Assembly (NCBI GenBank): GCA_934182615.1
Contig: CAKPRO010000008.1
Coordinates: 7,157-71,156 of the forward strand
DNA length: 64,000 nt
Source: an uncultured Bacilli bacterium
GTDB taxonomy: Bacteria; Bacillota_I; Bacilli_A; RF39; UBA660
Direction: 5' to 3'
Shown: positions 45,162 to 54,303 of the stretch, one piece after another
Layout: each line of letters begins with the position of its first letter
How positions within the stretch are numbered: position 1 is the stretch's first letter
Notes under the pieces: model-generated
What the model was told of the DNA's origin: nothing
What the model saw: only the letters and a program-made list of their open reading frames with translations
The model's database searches: none
Program-made: the position numbers and the translations under genes

Positions 45162-46424
45162 ATGAGAAAGAAAACTAGAGTAAAGAGAAGTTTAGTAGTA
45201 GTAATTATTGTATTAGTATTAATATTATTATTATTAGGAGGTTTATTTATATTAAATAAGAATAATAAGATAGAACCTAGAAAAGATAAGAATATAATGA
45301 TAAAATTAAATACTTTAGAAGAAGTAAATAGTTTTAGTAAAGATAAGAATATTAAAGTTAATATTAGTTATGAATATAATGATAGTATTGAGAAAGATAA
45401 AGTAATTAGTCAGAGTATTAAAGAAGGGGATAGTATTAAAGATGTTACTTCAATTGATGTAGTAGTATCTCTTGGTAAATTAGATAAAGATAAACTTGCT
45501 AGTGATGGTATTAATGAATTAGGTAAAGTACCTATTATGATGTATCATGGTATTAGAGAAAAGACTAGTAATAGTACTGGTACAGTAGGAGGTAATGTTG
45601 ATAAAGATGGTTATAATAGAACACCGGAAGCTTTTAGAGAAGACTTGGAGTTTTATTATGAAAATGGTTATGAAATGATTAGACTAGATGATTATATTAA
45701 TGGTATTGTAAAAGCTAGTTATGGTAAGAGTCCTATTATACTTACTTTTGATGATGGTAATGAAGATAATATTAAGGTTACTGGTCTTGATGATAATGGT
45801 AATATTATTATTGATAAGAATAGTGCTGTTGGTATATTAGAGGAATTTAAAAAGAAACATCCTGATACTAATGTTACTGCTACATTCTTTGTAAATGGTG
45901 GTATATTTAATCAAAGTGAATATAATGATAAGATATTAAAATGGATGGTAGATAATGGTTATGATATAGGTAATCATACACAGACACATCTAGATATTAA
46001 GAAATCTAGTGGTGATAGAGTACAAAAAGAAATAGCTTATGTATATGATGAGTTAGAGAAAGTAATACCTGGTAAATATGTTAAAATTATTGCTTTACCA
46101 TTTGGTAGTCCTTATGTTAAAACACATGATAATTTTAAATATGTTTTATCTACTAGTTATAATGGAAAAACATATGAGACTGAGGCTGCTTTAAGAGTAG
46201 GTTGGGAACCTGAAGTATCATGTTTTGATAAAGATTTTGATAAGACTTTCTTAAAGAGATGTCGTGCTTATGATAATAATGGTAAAGATTTTGATATAGA
46301 TATGGTATTTAATATGTTAAAGAAGAATAAATATATATCTGATGGAGATGCCTCTACTATTGTTATTAAAGAAGTAGATAAAGATAAGTTAGGTACTACG
46401 GATAAGAAAGTAATTACTTATTAG
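45162..46424 (+). CDS. Polysaccharide deacetylase (CE4/NodB) with N-terminal anchor and PASTA-like segment
   Basis: LTFDDGNEDN and GNHTQTH motifs. Confidence 0.75.
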   Translation: MRKKTRVKRSLVVVIIVLVLILLLLGGLFILNKNNKIEPRKDKNIMIKLNTLEEVNSFSKDKNIKVNISYEYNDSIEKDKVISQSIKEGDSIKDVTSIDVVVSLGKLDKDKLASDGINELGKVPIMMYHGIREKTSNSTGTVGGNVDKDGYNRTPEAFREDLEFYYENGYEMIRLDDYINGIVKASYGKSPIILTFDDGNEDNIKVTGLDDNGNIIIDKNSAVGILEEFKKKHPDTNVTATFFVNGGIFNQSEYNDKILKWMVDNGYDIGNHTQTHLDIKKSSGDRVQKEIAYVYDELEKVIPGKYVKIIALPFGSPYVKTHDNFKYVLSTSYNGKTYETEAALRVGWEPEVSCFDKDFDKTFLKRCRAYDNNGKDFDIDMVFNMLKKNKYISDGDASTIVIKEVDKDKLGTTDKKVITY

Positions 46425-46432
46425 GAGGATTT

Positions 46433-46762
46433 ATGAAGTTAAATAATAAAGGTTTTGCTATAACTGCGGTTCTATATGGATTACTTATTTTATTTGTTTC
46501 AATTGTAGGATATTATTTGACTATGTTAGGTACTAAGAAGAATAGACTAGATCAAACTATAACTGAAGTTGAAAAAGAGAGTGCATTTGATTATCAATTA
46601 GGTGTTGATAATAGAGAACTTAGTTATCCTTATAGAGCAGAATATACTGGAAAATATGTATTTGATGATGGCTGCTATGTTTATTTATATAAATATAAAG
46701 TGTATAATAGAGAGGATATTAGATGTGAAGGTAAATTAGAAAAGATATTTATGCAAAGGTGA
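46433..46762 (+). CDS. Minor pseudopilin-like protein
   Basis: N-terminus MKLNNKGFAITAVLYGLLILFV is prepilin-like but has no Glu at +5. Confidence 0.45.
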   Translation: MKLNNKGFAITAVLYGLLILFVSIVGYYLTMLGTKKNRLDQTITEVEKESAFDYQLGVDNRELSYPYRAEYTGKYVFDDGCYVYLYKYKVYNREDIRCEGKLEKIFMQR

Positions 46763-46766
46763 TAAT

Positions 46767-47147
46767 ATGAATAGAAAAGGATTTACATTAATTGAAGTTA
46801 TTATGGTAATTGCTATTATTTCATTACTAGCAATGCTTATTACTCCTAATGTGATGAGTTTTATTAATAAGAATAATAAGAAATCGTGTGAAAAATTAAT
46901 TGATAATATTGAGAGTGCTACTAAAATGTATGTTAATCAAAATAAGTATGAGTTAGGTTTTGATTGTAGTGGTACTGCTAAAGAGATTAGACTGCAGACA
47001 TTAATTGATAATGATAATATTAGTAGTCCTATTATTAATCCAGTTACTAAGGAAAAGGTTGATTATAATAATACTATTTCAGTTATTTATAATTGTGATA
47101 ATAAAGTGTTTACTTATAAGGTTAATGGAATAAATTGTAATAAATAA
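46767..47147 (+). CDS. Type IV pilin / ComGC-like pseudopilin
   Basis: Class III signal MNRKGFTLIEVIMVIAIISLLA. Confidence 0.75.
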   Translation: MNRKGFTLIEVIMVIAIISLLAMLITPNVMSFINKNNKKSCEKLIDNIESATKMYVNQNKYELGFDCSGTAKEIRLQTLIDNDNISSPIINPVTKEKVDYNNTISVIYNCDNKVFTYKVNGINCNK

Positions 47148-47208
47148 AAAAAGATATTGTTTTTTATAAAAAAATATGGTAAAATGAAGAAGAATAGGAG
47201 AGATTGAT

Positions 47209-47601
47209 ATGGCACTAAATAAATTAAAAAAATTTGTGACTGAAGAAGTTATGGATGAAGTATCTGAAGATGAATTTTACGATGCTGAAAATGTTACTAT
47301 GCCTAGTGGTAGTGGTAAAATGATTCTTTTAGAACCACGTGCATATTCAGAAAGTCAACAGATAGCAGATCATCTTAAAAAAAGAAATACAGTAGTAGTA
47401 AATATGAAAAGAGTAACTCCTGATCAAGCAAAAAGAATAGTGGATTTTTTAAGTGGTACAGTGTATGCTATTGGTGGTGATCTTCAGAAAATTGGTGGAG
47501 GAATATTTTTATGTACTCCTAAAAATGTAAATGTTGAAGGTTCAATATCTGAAGAGGATGAAAAAAGTAAAAAGAAAAATGATCCAGATTTAGAATGGTA
47601 A
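47209..47601 (+). CDS. sepF: Cell division protein SepF
   Basis: The DUF552 core [27 protein letters not shown]...[19 protein letters not shown] is typical of SepF. Confidence 0.88.
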   Translation: MALNKLKKFVTEEVMDEVSEDEFYDAENVTMPSGSGKMILLEPRAYSESQQIADHLKKRNTVVVNMKRVTPDQAKRIVDFLSGTVYAIGGDLQKIGGGIFLCTPKNVNVEGSISEEDEKSKKKNDPDLEW

Positions 47602-47618
47602 TAAAGTAGGTGGCTTTT

Positions 47619-48053
47619 ATGAAGAGATTTAATTTGGCTAATGAAGGCTATAATATTGAAGAAGTTAATAGATTTATTGATATAGTTATTAAAAGACTTG
47701 AAAAACTTAATAATGAGAATGCTATGTTGCAAGCTAAGATCTCTTCACTAGAAGATAAACTTAAAGAAGAGAAAGTAAGTGAAGTTAAAATAACTGAAGC
47801 TATTATGGCAGCGAAAGAAACTTCAGATCGAATTAAAAGTTTGGCTAGAGAGGAAGCTAATATGATAGTAGAAGAAGCAAGAAATAATGCTAATGCTATT
47901 GTTCATGAAGCACTCTTGAATGCAGAAAAAACGGAAAATGAAGCAATGCTACTTAGAAAGAATATTACTGTATATAAAAATAGGGTAAAGAATATTATTA
48001 AGTCACAACTTGAGATAGCGGATGATCTTGATAAATATGATTTTGATAAGTAA
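47619..48053 (+). CDS. divIVA: DivIVA-domain protein
   Basis: N-terminus F.LANEGYNIEEVNRFID followed by a coiled coil. It lies downstream of sepF. Confidence 0.8.
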   Translation: MKRFNLANEGYNIEEVNRFIDIVIKRLEKLNNENAMLQAKISSLEDKLKEEKVSEVKITEAIMAAKETSDRIKSLAREEANMIVEEARNNANAIVHEALLNAEKTENEAMLLRKNITVYKNRVKNIIKSQLEIADDLDKYDFDK

Positions 48054-48164
48054 TATTGTTATTGATATAGGACTATGGAAAAGTCGATAAGATTTTTAAA
48101 ATAGTCTTTTCTTTTTGTCTAAAATGTTATATAATTAATATGTAGTAAAGAGGAGAGGGTAAAA

Positions 48165-48782
48165 GTGATAAAACAAACATTTATGGAAGTATTACCTGAT
48201 GTATGGCCGATGTTAATTATAATAACAGTTATTTTGTCTAGTTTAAGAATAACTTATTTAATAACTAAACACAAGAAGTTTTTACTGCATAAAGAAATAA
48301 TATATTTACTGGCTATTATTTATATACTTTGTTTGTTCCATGTTGTAACGTTTCAAGATGTAAATTATGGAGTATCTAATTTTACACCATTTAAAGAAAT
48401 ATTTAGATATGAATTTGGAACATATAAGTTTTTTAGAAATGTTGTTGGCAATATACTATTGTTTGTTCCATTTGGATTTTTATCATCTTATTTACTAAAA
48501 AATAATAAGTTGGGTATAGCTACTATTCTTACAGTTATTGCTTCACTTACTATTGAAGTGGTTCAATATTATATAGGAAGAGTATTTGATATAGATGATA
48601 TTATACTTAATGTAATTGGTGGTATAGTTGGATTTTTAGTATATATAGGATTAGATGCTGTTAGAAGAAAGATTAAACTATTTAGAAATGATACTGTATT
48701 AGATATATTAATTATAATACTATTAGTATTAGTAATGGCATATTCATTTAATATAAATGTATTTGATTGGATTGGGGGATAA
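48165..48782 (+). CDS. VanZ-family membrane protein
   Basis: GNILLFVPFGF ... EVVQYYIGRVFDIDDIILNVIGG. GTG start after the RBS gaggagagg. Confidence 0.7.
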   Translation: MIKQTFMEVLPDVWPMLIIITVILSSLRITYLITKHKKFLLHKEIIYLLAIIYILCLFHVVTFQDVNYGVSNFTPFKEIFRYEFGTYKFFRNVVGNILLFVPFGFLSSYLLKNNKLGIATILTVIASLTIEVVQYYIGRVFDIDDIILNVIGGIVGFLVYIGLDAVRRKIKLFRNDTVLDILIIILLVLVMAYSFNINVFDWIGG

Positions 48783-48784
48783 TT

Positions 48785-49225
48785 ATGTTTGAGATATTTA
48801 ATGAAAGTGATAAAGAAATAGTAGAGTTAGATAAATTACAGAAATATATGGAATTTGTTGTTAAGAAATTAGATATTGAGAAGGGAATATTTAATATAAT
48901 ATTTGTAAGTAATGAAGAGATACATAGAATAAATAAGGAGTATCGTAAGGTAGATAGAGTAACTGATGTTATATCTTTTGCTTTAGAAGATAATCCGGAT
49001 ATTGTTTATGATGATTTTAGACTTCTTGGTGATATTTATATTGCTATTGATGTTGCTTACGATCAGGCTACTGAATATAATCATTCAAGAGAGAGGGAAG
49101 TATGTTTCTTGGCTACTCATGGATTGTTACATTTACTTGGTTATGATCATATGGAAGCAGAAGAAGAAAAAATTATGTTTGGTAAACAAGAAGAATTACT
49201 TAATGAATATGGTATTAAAAGATAA
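48785..49225 (+). CDS. ybeY: rRNA maturation endoribonuclease YbeY
   Basis: HGLLHLLGYDH metal motif. ATG 48785 follows GGGGGA. Confidence 0.92.
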   Translation: MFEIFNESDKEIVELDKLQKYMEFVVKKLDIEKGIFNIIFVSNEEIHRINKEYRKVDRVTDVISFALEDNPDIVYDDFRLLGDIYIAIDVAYDQATEYNHSREREVCFLATHGLLHLLGYDHMEAEEEKIMFGKQEELLNEYGIKR

Positions 49226-49239
49226 TAGGAGGACTATAA

Positions 49240-49611
49240 ATGCTTTCGAGAACTAAATCTAAAAGAGGTTTTAGAAGTAGTGTTAAAAATTGTATTGATG
49301 GTTTAAAATTTGTTAATATTAATGAAGATAATTTTAAGAGAGAAGTATTTATTGGAATAATTACACTTATATTATCATATATATTAAAGGTAAATAGGAT
49401 AGAGTTTATTATCATTGTTGTTATGATTAGTTTAGTATTAGTAACAGAAATTATTAATACTGCTACGGAAAGACTTGTTGATTTAGTAAGTCCAGGATAT
49501 AACAAAATAGCAGGAGAAGTAAAGGATATTATGGCATTTGCCGTACTACTAATGTGCTTCTTTTCTTTAGTAGTAGGAATGGTAATATTTATACCCAAAA
49601 TAATATGCTAG
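49240..49611 (+). CDS. dgkA: Diacylglycerol/undecaprenol kinase (DgkA family)
   Basis: 3-TM protein with EIINTATERLVD. The order ybeY-dgkA-cdd is conserved in Bacilli and Clostridia. Confidence 0.85.
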   Translation: MLSRTKSKRGFRSSVKNCIDGLKFVNINEDNFKREVFIGIITLILSYILKVNRIEFIIIVVMISLVLVTEIINTATERLVDLVSPGYNKIAGEVKDIMAFAVLLMCFFSLVVGMVIFIPKIIC

Positions 49612-49621
49612 GAGGAATAAA

Positions 49622-50008
49622 ATGGAAGAGAGTTTAAAGAGATTATTAAAAAATAGTTACAGTCCTTATTCGGGATTTAGAGTAGCTAGTATTTGTTTAA
49701 TGAATGATGGCAAGAGTTTTGGAGGAGTTAATGTAGAAAATGCTTCTTATGGTGGAACTATATGTGCTGAAAGGGTAGCTATTACTTCGGCAATTGCCAG
49801 TGGATATAAAAAGGGAGAATTTAGTAAATTATATGTTATGTGTGATAGTACTAAGATATCTTCTTGTTGTTTCTTATGTAGACAAACTATTAGTGAGTTT
49901 TTTCCTAAGGATGCAGAAATTATTTTATATAGTAATGATGGGGAAAAAGAAATTCATACGGTAAAGGAATTATGTCCTTATCCGTTTGGTAGTAGTGATT
50001 TAAAATAA
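49622..50008 (+). CDS. cdd: Cytidine deaminase
   Basis: CAERVAI and CCFLCRQ zinc-ligand motifs. Confidence 0.9.
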   Translation: MEESLKRLLKNSYSPYSGFRVASICLMNDGKSFGGVNVENASYGGTICAERVAITSAIASGYKKGEFSKLYVMCDSTKISSCCFLCRQTISEFFPKDAEIILYSNDGEKEIHTVKELCPYPFGSSDLK

Positions 50009-50020
50009 AAGAAAAGAGAG

Positions 50021-51229
50021 TTACTTTTTAGTAATTCTCTTTATTAGATCTTGTACTTTAACAATTATTTTAAATATTAGATATAAATATTTATTTATTA
50101 TTAAATCATAACTACCAAGGTATTCATATACTTTACCACCAAATCCCATTTTAAAGGTGTAGTTACCATTCTTTTTGTCAGTATTTTTAATAGAACCAAA
50201 GTTAAATATTTTATAACCTTCATTTAAGTATTTCTTTATGATCTCCCATTTTATTAAATGAGAAGAGTAGAATGAACTTAAATCTTTATTGTAGCCTTCT
50301 TCAAGGAAATATATTTCACGATTATTTTTGATAATTAGAATAGTTCCAATTAAAACTCCTTCAGGATATTTGGTATAGATATTAGTGGCTTTTATTATCT
50401 CTTTGTTATATTTAGTGATTGTTTTATCAGAATTCATTTTTTTAGTGATAAAAGCATCGCTTTTTTTTATGTTAATATTTTGCATTATTTGATTTAAGCG
50501 ATCATTTCTAATGTTTTCTTCTTTTAGTAAGAAACGATAATTATTAACATATTCTTCAGGAGTTATTTTAGCAAAATAGATTTCGGCTTTATTGTTTTCA
50601 GTATTAAAATTATTTAAGATATTTTGAATACGATCTTTACTTGCTCCGGTTAATTCAATAAAACTATCAATATTATTTCCTTCGTCTTTATGAATGGTAA
50701 TAGCTCTTTTTAATGAAACGTTTATATTTCTTTTAGTATTAGCATTGAAAAAGCTAAATGTTTCTTCAGGAGTTTTTTCTGTTTCTAAAACAACATTTCT
50801 TTTGATATTTTTATTGGTTTTTCTAAATGATAGTTCATCAAATAACTTAATAATATTAGTGTCGTAGTAGATAATATCATTATTTTTATCAAACATTTTA
50901 TAAGTAGAAATATTATCTGAAGTTACATAGATATATTTTTTCTTCTTTAGATATTGTTTTAAAGAATTTATAAAATCTTTGAAAAGATTATCGTTATTAT
51001 AGTCAATTAGAAAGGCTCCGGGTACATAACCTATTTTGTATTTGCCAATTCTTTTTTCAAAAAGAAGAGTGGCTCCCATTAAAGTGTTGTCATTTTCATT
51101 GATGTAGCCCAAATAATAGAATGATTGTCTTTTTAAATGAGCGTATTCTGCTGTTTGGTAGTAGTTTCTTAGACTATGTAATTTTGCATAGTTTTTAAAT
51201 TGTGTTTCTGTAAGTTCGATAATTTTCAT
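50021..51229 (-). CDS. FemAB-family peptidoglycan interpeptide-bridge aminoacyltransferase
   Basis: N-terminus MKIIELTETQF..YAKLHSLRNYYQTAEY is FemAB-like. ATG 51229 follows GGAGGAAG. Confidence 0.7.
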   Translation of the reverse strand: MKIIELTETQFKNYAKLHSLRNYYQTAEYAHLKRQSFYYLGYINENDNTLMGATLLFEKRIGKYKIGYVPGAFLIDYNNDNLFKDFINSLKQYLKKKKYIYVTSDNISTYKMFDKNNDIIYYDTNIIKLFDELSFRKTNKNIKRNVVLETEKTPEETFSFFNANTKRNINVSLKRAITIHKDEGNNIDSFIELTGASKDRIQNILNNFNTENNKAEIYFAKITPEEYVNNYRFLLKEENIRNDRLNQIMQNINIKKSDAFITKKMNSDKTITKYNKEIIKATNIYTKYPEGVLIGTILIIKNNREIYFLEEGYNKDLSSFYSSHLIKWEIIKKYLNEGYKIFNFGSIKNTDKKNGNYTFKMGFGGKVYEYLGSYDLIINKYLYLIFKIIVKVQDLIKRITKK

Positions 51230-51347
51230 ACTTCTTCCTCCATTCATAATTGTATCATAATTTACTTTAAAATAAAATACTTTTTTGCTTGATAAGGTAG
51301 TTAATTTATGATATACTTAAGTTAATAAGAATAGGGAGTGTGATATT

Positions 51348-53681
51348 ATGAGTATTTCAAAGAAAGAACTTAATAATCTTGATGCTTATTTTTCTGCTTT
51401 AAATTATATTTCAGCTTGTCAATTATATTTAGTTGATAATCCTCTACTTAAAGAAGAATTAAAGTGGAGTCATATAAAGAAGAAAATAGTAGGTCACTGG
51501 GGAACTGTACCAGGACAAAATTTTATATATACGCATTTAAATAGAATTATTAAGAATAATGATCTTAATATGATATATATATCGGGACCAGGACATGGTG
51601 GTAATGCGGTTGTTTCTAATGTATATTTAGAGGGGACTTATACAGAAATGTATCCTGAAATAACAGAAGATACCGAGGGATTGAAAAAATTATTTAAACA
51701 ATTTTCTTTTCCTGGTGGTATTGCTTCACATGCTGCTCCTGAGACACCTGGTTCAATAAATGAAGGTGGGGAACTTGGTTATAGTTTGTCGCACGCTTTT
51801 GGTGCTGTTTTTGATAATCCATCTTTAATAGCGGCTTGTGTAATTGGGGACGGAGAAGCAGAAACTGGACCTTTAGCCACGAGTTGGCATTCTAATAAAT
51901 TTTTAGATCCTAAAAGAGATGGAGCAGTACTTCCAATCCTTCATTTAAATGGCTATAAGATAAGTAATCCTACTGTTTTGGCAAGGATTAGTGACGAAGA
52001 ACTTGCTTCTTTACTTCATGGATATGGATGGAAACCTTACTTAGTCGAAGGTAGTACTACGATGGAGTTACATAAGAAGATGGCTATTACTTTGGATAAG
52101 ATTATTAAAGAAATTAAAAAGATTCAATATAATGCTAGATATAATAATAAGGTTGAAAGAGTATTTTGGCCAATGATTGTACTTAGAACTCCTAAAGGGT
52201 GGACTGGTCCTAAAGTAGTAGATGGTAAAAAGATTGAGGGTACTTTTAGAAGCCATCAGGTACCTATTCCTATGGAAAATGACGAAGATTTAAAATTATT
52301 AGAGAAATGGTTAAGAAGTTACCATCCAGAAAAGTTATTTGATGATAATGGTAAGTTAAAACCTCATTTGAAGGAACTTGTTCCTTATAATAGAATGGGA
52401 GCTAATCCTAATAGTAATGGTGGTCTTTTGTTAAAAGAATTAAAGATACCTAATATTAATAAATATGCTGTTAAGTTTACACATCCTGGAGAAATTGAAA
52501 AAGAGGATATGCGAGTACTTGGAGAATTTATTAGAGATATTATCAAGAATAATCCAGATAATTTTAGATTGTTTGGACCTGATGAGACTATGAGTAATAG
52601 ATTATCACACGTATTTGAAGCTACTGACAGATGCTTTTATTTGCCTAAGAAGAGTAGTGATGAATATTTATCTTATGATGGTAGAATTATGGATTCTTAT
52701 CTTAGCGAACACACTTGTGAAGGATGGCTCGAGGGTTATCTTTTAACGGGTAGACATGGGGTATTTGTCAGCTACGAAGCTTTTATTAGAATTGTTGATT
52801 CAATGGCTAGTCAACATGCTAAATGGATTAAGGTAGCTAAAGAACTTCCTTGGAGAAAGGATATTGCTTCATTAAATTATATATTAACTTCAAATGTATG
52901 GCAACAAGATCATAATGGTTATACACATCAAGATCCAGGTTTTATTGATCATTTAGCTAATAAGAAGGCTGATATTGTTAGAATATATTTGCCTCCTGAT
53001 AGTAATTGCCTTTTATCTTGTTTTGATCATGTTATTAGGACTAAGAATTATATTAATGTAATTGTAGCCTCTAAACATATGCGTCCACAGTGGCTTACAA
53101 TGGAAGAAGCAAAAGAACATTGTGCTAAGGGATTATCTAAATGGGAGTTTGCTAGTAATGATAAAAAGGGTGTAGATGTCGTTTTGGTATCAATAGGAGA
53201 TGCTCCTACTTTGGAGAATATAGCAGCAGTTTCTATTATAAGAAGTTATCTTCCAGATATTAAGATTAGATTTATTAATGTTGTAGATTTAATGAAATTA
53301 GAGCCTGATACTAAACATCCCCATGGTTTATCTAATACTGAATATAATAAATTATTTACTAGAGATAAACCTATTATTGTTAATTATCATGGTTACCCTA
53401 CTTTAATACATGAGTTAACTTATGAAAGAGAAAATAGAAATATTAGTGTTCATGGTTATATGGAAGAGGGTACTATTACAACGGCTTTTGATATGAGAGT
53501 TAAAAATGAAATAGATAGATATCATATTGTTATTGATATTATTAATCATTTAGATGTTGGTAAAACAAGAGAAGGTAAAAAGATTATTAAACTTATGGAA
53601 GAAAAGTTAAAGTATCATGAAGCATATATAAGAGAATATGGTATTGATATGGAAGAAGTAAGAATGTTTAAATGGGAATAG
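51348..53681 (+). CDS. xfp: Xylulose-5-P/fructose-6-P phosphoketolase
   Basis: Translation is phosphoketolase-like throughout ([34 protein letters not shown]). Confidence 0.93.
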   Translation: MSISKKELNNLDAYFSALNYISACQLYLVDNPLLKEELKWSHIKKKIVGHWGTVPGQNFIYTHLNRIIKNNDLNMIYISGPGHGGNAVVSNVYLEGTYTEMYPEITEDTEGLKKLFKQFSFPGGIASHAAPETPGSINEGGELGYSLSHAFGAVFDNPSLIAACVIGDGEAETGPLATSWHSNKFLDPKRDGAVLPILHLNGYKISNPTVLARISDEELASLLHGYGWKPYLVEGSTTMELHKKMAITLDKIIKEIKKIQYNARYNNKVERVFWPMIVLRTPKGWTGPKVVDGKKIEGTFRSHQVPIPMENDEDLKLLEKWLRSYHPEKLFDDNGKLKPHLKELVPYNRMGANPNSNGGLLLKELKIPNINKYAVKFTHPGEIEKEDMRVLGEFIRDIIKNNPDNFRLFGPDETMSNRLSHVFEATDRCFYLPKKSSDEYLSYDGRIMDSYLSEHTCEGWLEGYLLTGRHGVFVSYEAFIRIVDSMASQHAKWIKVAKELPWRKDIASLNYILTSNVWQQDHNGYTHQDPGFIDHLANKKADIVRIYLPPDSNCLLSCFDHVIRTKNYINVIVASKHMRPQWLTMEEAKEHCAKGLSKWEFASNDKKGVDVVLVSIGDAPTLENIAAVSIIRSYLPDIKIRFINVVDLMKLEPDTKHPHGLSNTEYNKLFTRDKPIIVNYHGYPTLIHELTYERENRNISVHGYMEEGTITTAFDMRVKNEIDRYHIVIDIINHLDVGKTREGKKIIKLMEEKLKYHEAYIREYGIDMEEVRMFKWE

Positions 53682-53689
53682 GAGATATT

Positions 53690-54031
53690 ATGGAAGAAAG
53701 ATATAATAATAAGAAAAATGTAATATTTAATCCTGATAAAGTTCAAAGATGGAATGAAGAGAAGAATACTATTATTTCTACGACTCCTAATCATATTGAT
53801 CAACTATGTAAACCATTTTTATATCTTAGAAAGACTGCTAGTGAAGGATATTCTAAATTTAGTGAAGTAGAAGAAGCACAAGTAATGGCTAGAAAAGAGA
53901 ATCTGGCTAGAGTGAAAAAACTGGAAATGGAAAAGAAAGCAGGATATGTTACTTTTAGTACACTTATTGTACTGGGTACAGTAGTAGTAGGTATGATAAT
54001 ATTTGGAATAATTGGAAGTATTGTTAGGTGA
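53690..54031 (+). CDS. Hypothetical protein with C-terminal TM anchor
   Basis: ATG follows AGGAGA. It overlaps the xfp stop region. Confidence 0.5.
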   Translation: MEERYNNKKNVIFNPDKVQRWNEEKNTIISTTPNHIDQLCKPFLYLRKTASEGYSKFSEVEEAQVMARKENLARVKKLEMEKKAGYVTFSTLIVLGTVVVGMIIFGIIGSIVR

Positions 54032-54036
54032 TAGTT

Positions 54037-54291
54037 ATGAATTTTAATATATTGAATGAGAAGAATGAATTTAAACTTGGTACTATTATTACAATATTTA
54101 ATATTCCAAATGTAAAAAAAGATATTGTTTTGTTTTCAATTGAAGGTTATGATAGAAATGATATTGCTAATTTAGAAGTTGCTTATTTGAATAAGGATAA
54201 AGATGGTTATGATTATATAGAAGAAATAGATGATGAACAGGTATTAAAAGCCGCTATGAAAGTTGTGAAAAAGATTATCCAAGTTGCTTAA
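54037..54291 (+). CDS. Small acidic protein, possibly DUF1292-like
   Basis: ATG follows AGGTGA. The pattern ...LFSIEGY...YIEEIDDEQVLKAAM.. gives only weak recognition. Confidence 0.4.
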   Translation: MNFNILNEKNEFKLGTIITIFNIPNVKKDIVLFSIEGYDRNDIANLEVAYLNKDKDGYDYIEEIDDEQVLKAAMKVVKKIIQVA

Positions 54292-54303
54292 TAGGAGGTT
54301 ATT

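Noticed and set aside
49002-49598. 84-aa plus-strand and 127-aa minus-strand ORFs overlapping ybeY and dgkA
   Set aside because: They are alternative-frame or antisense ORFs within two clearly conserved genes.
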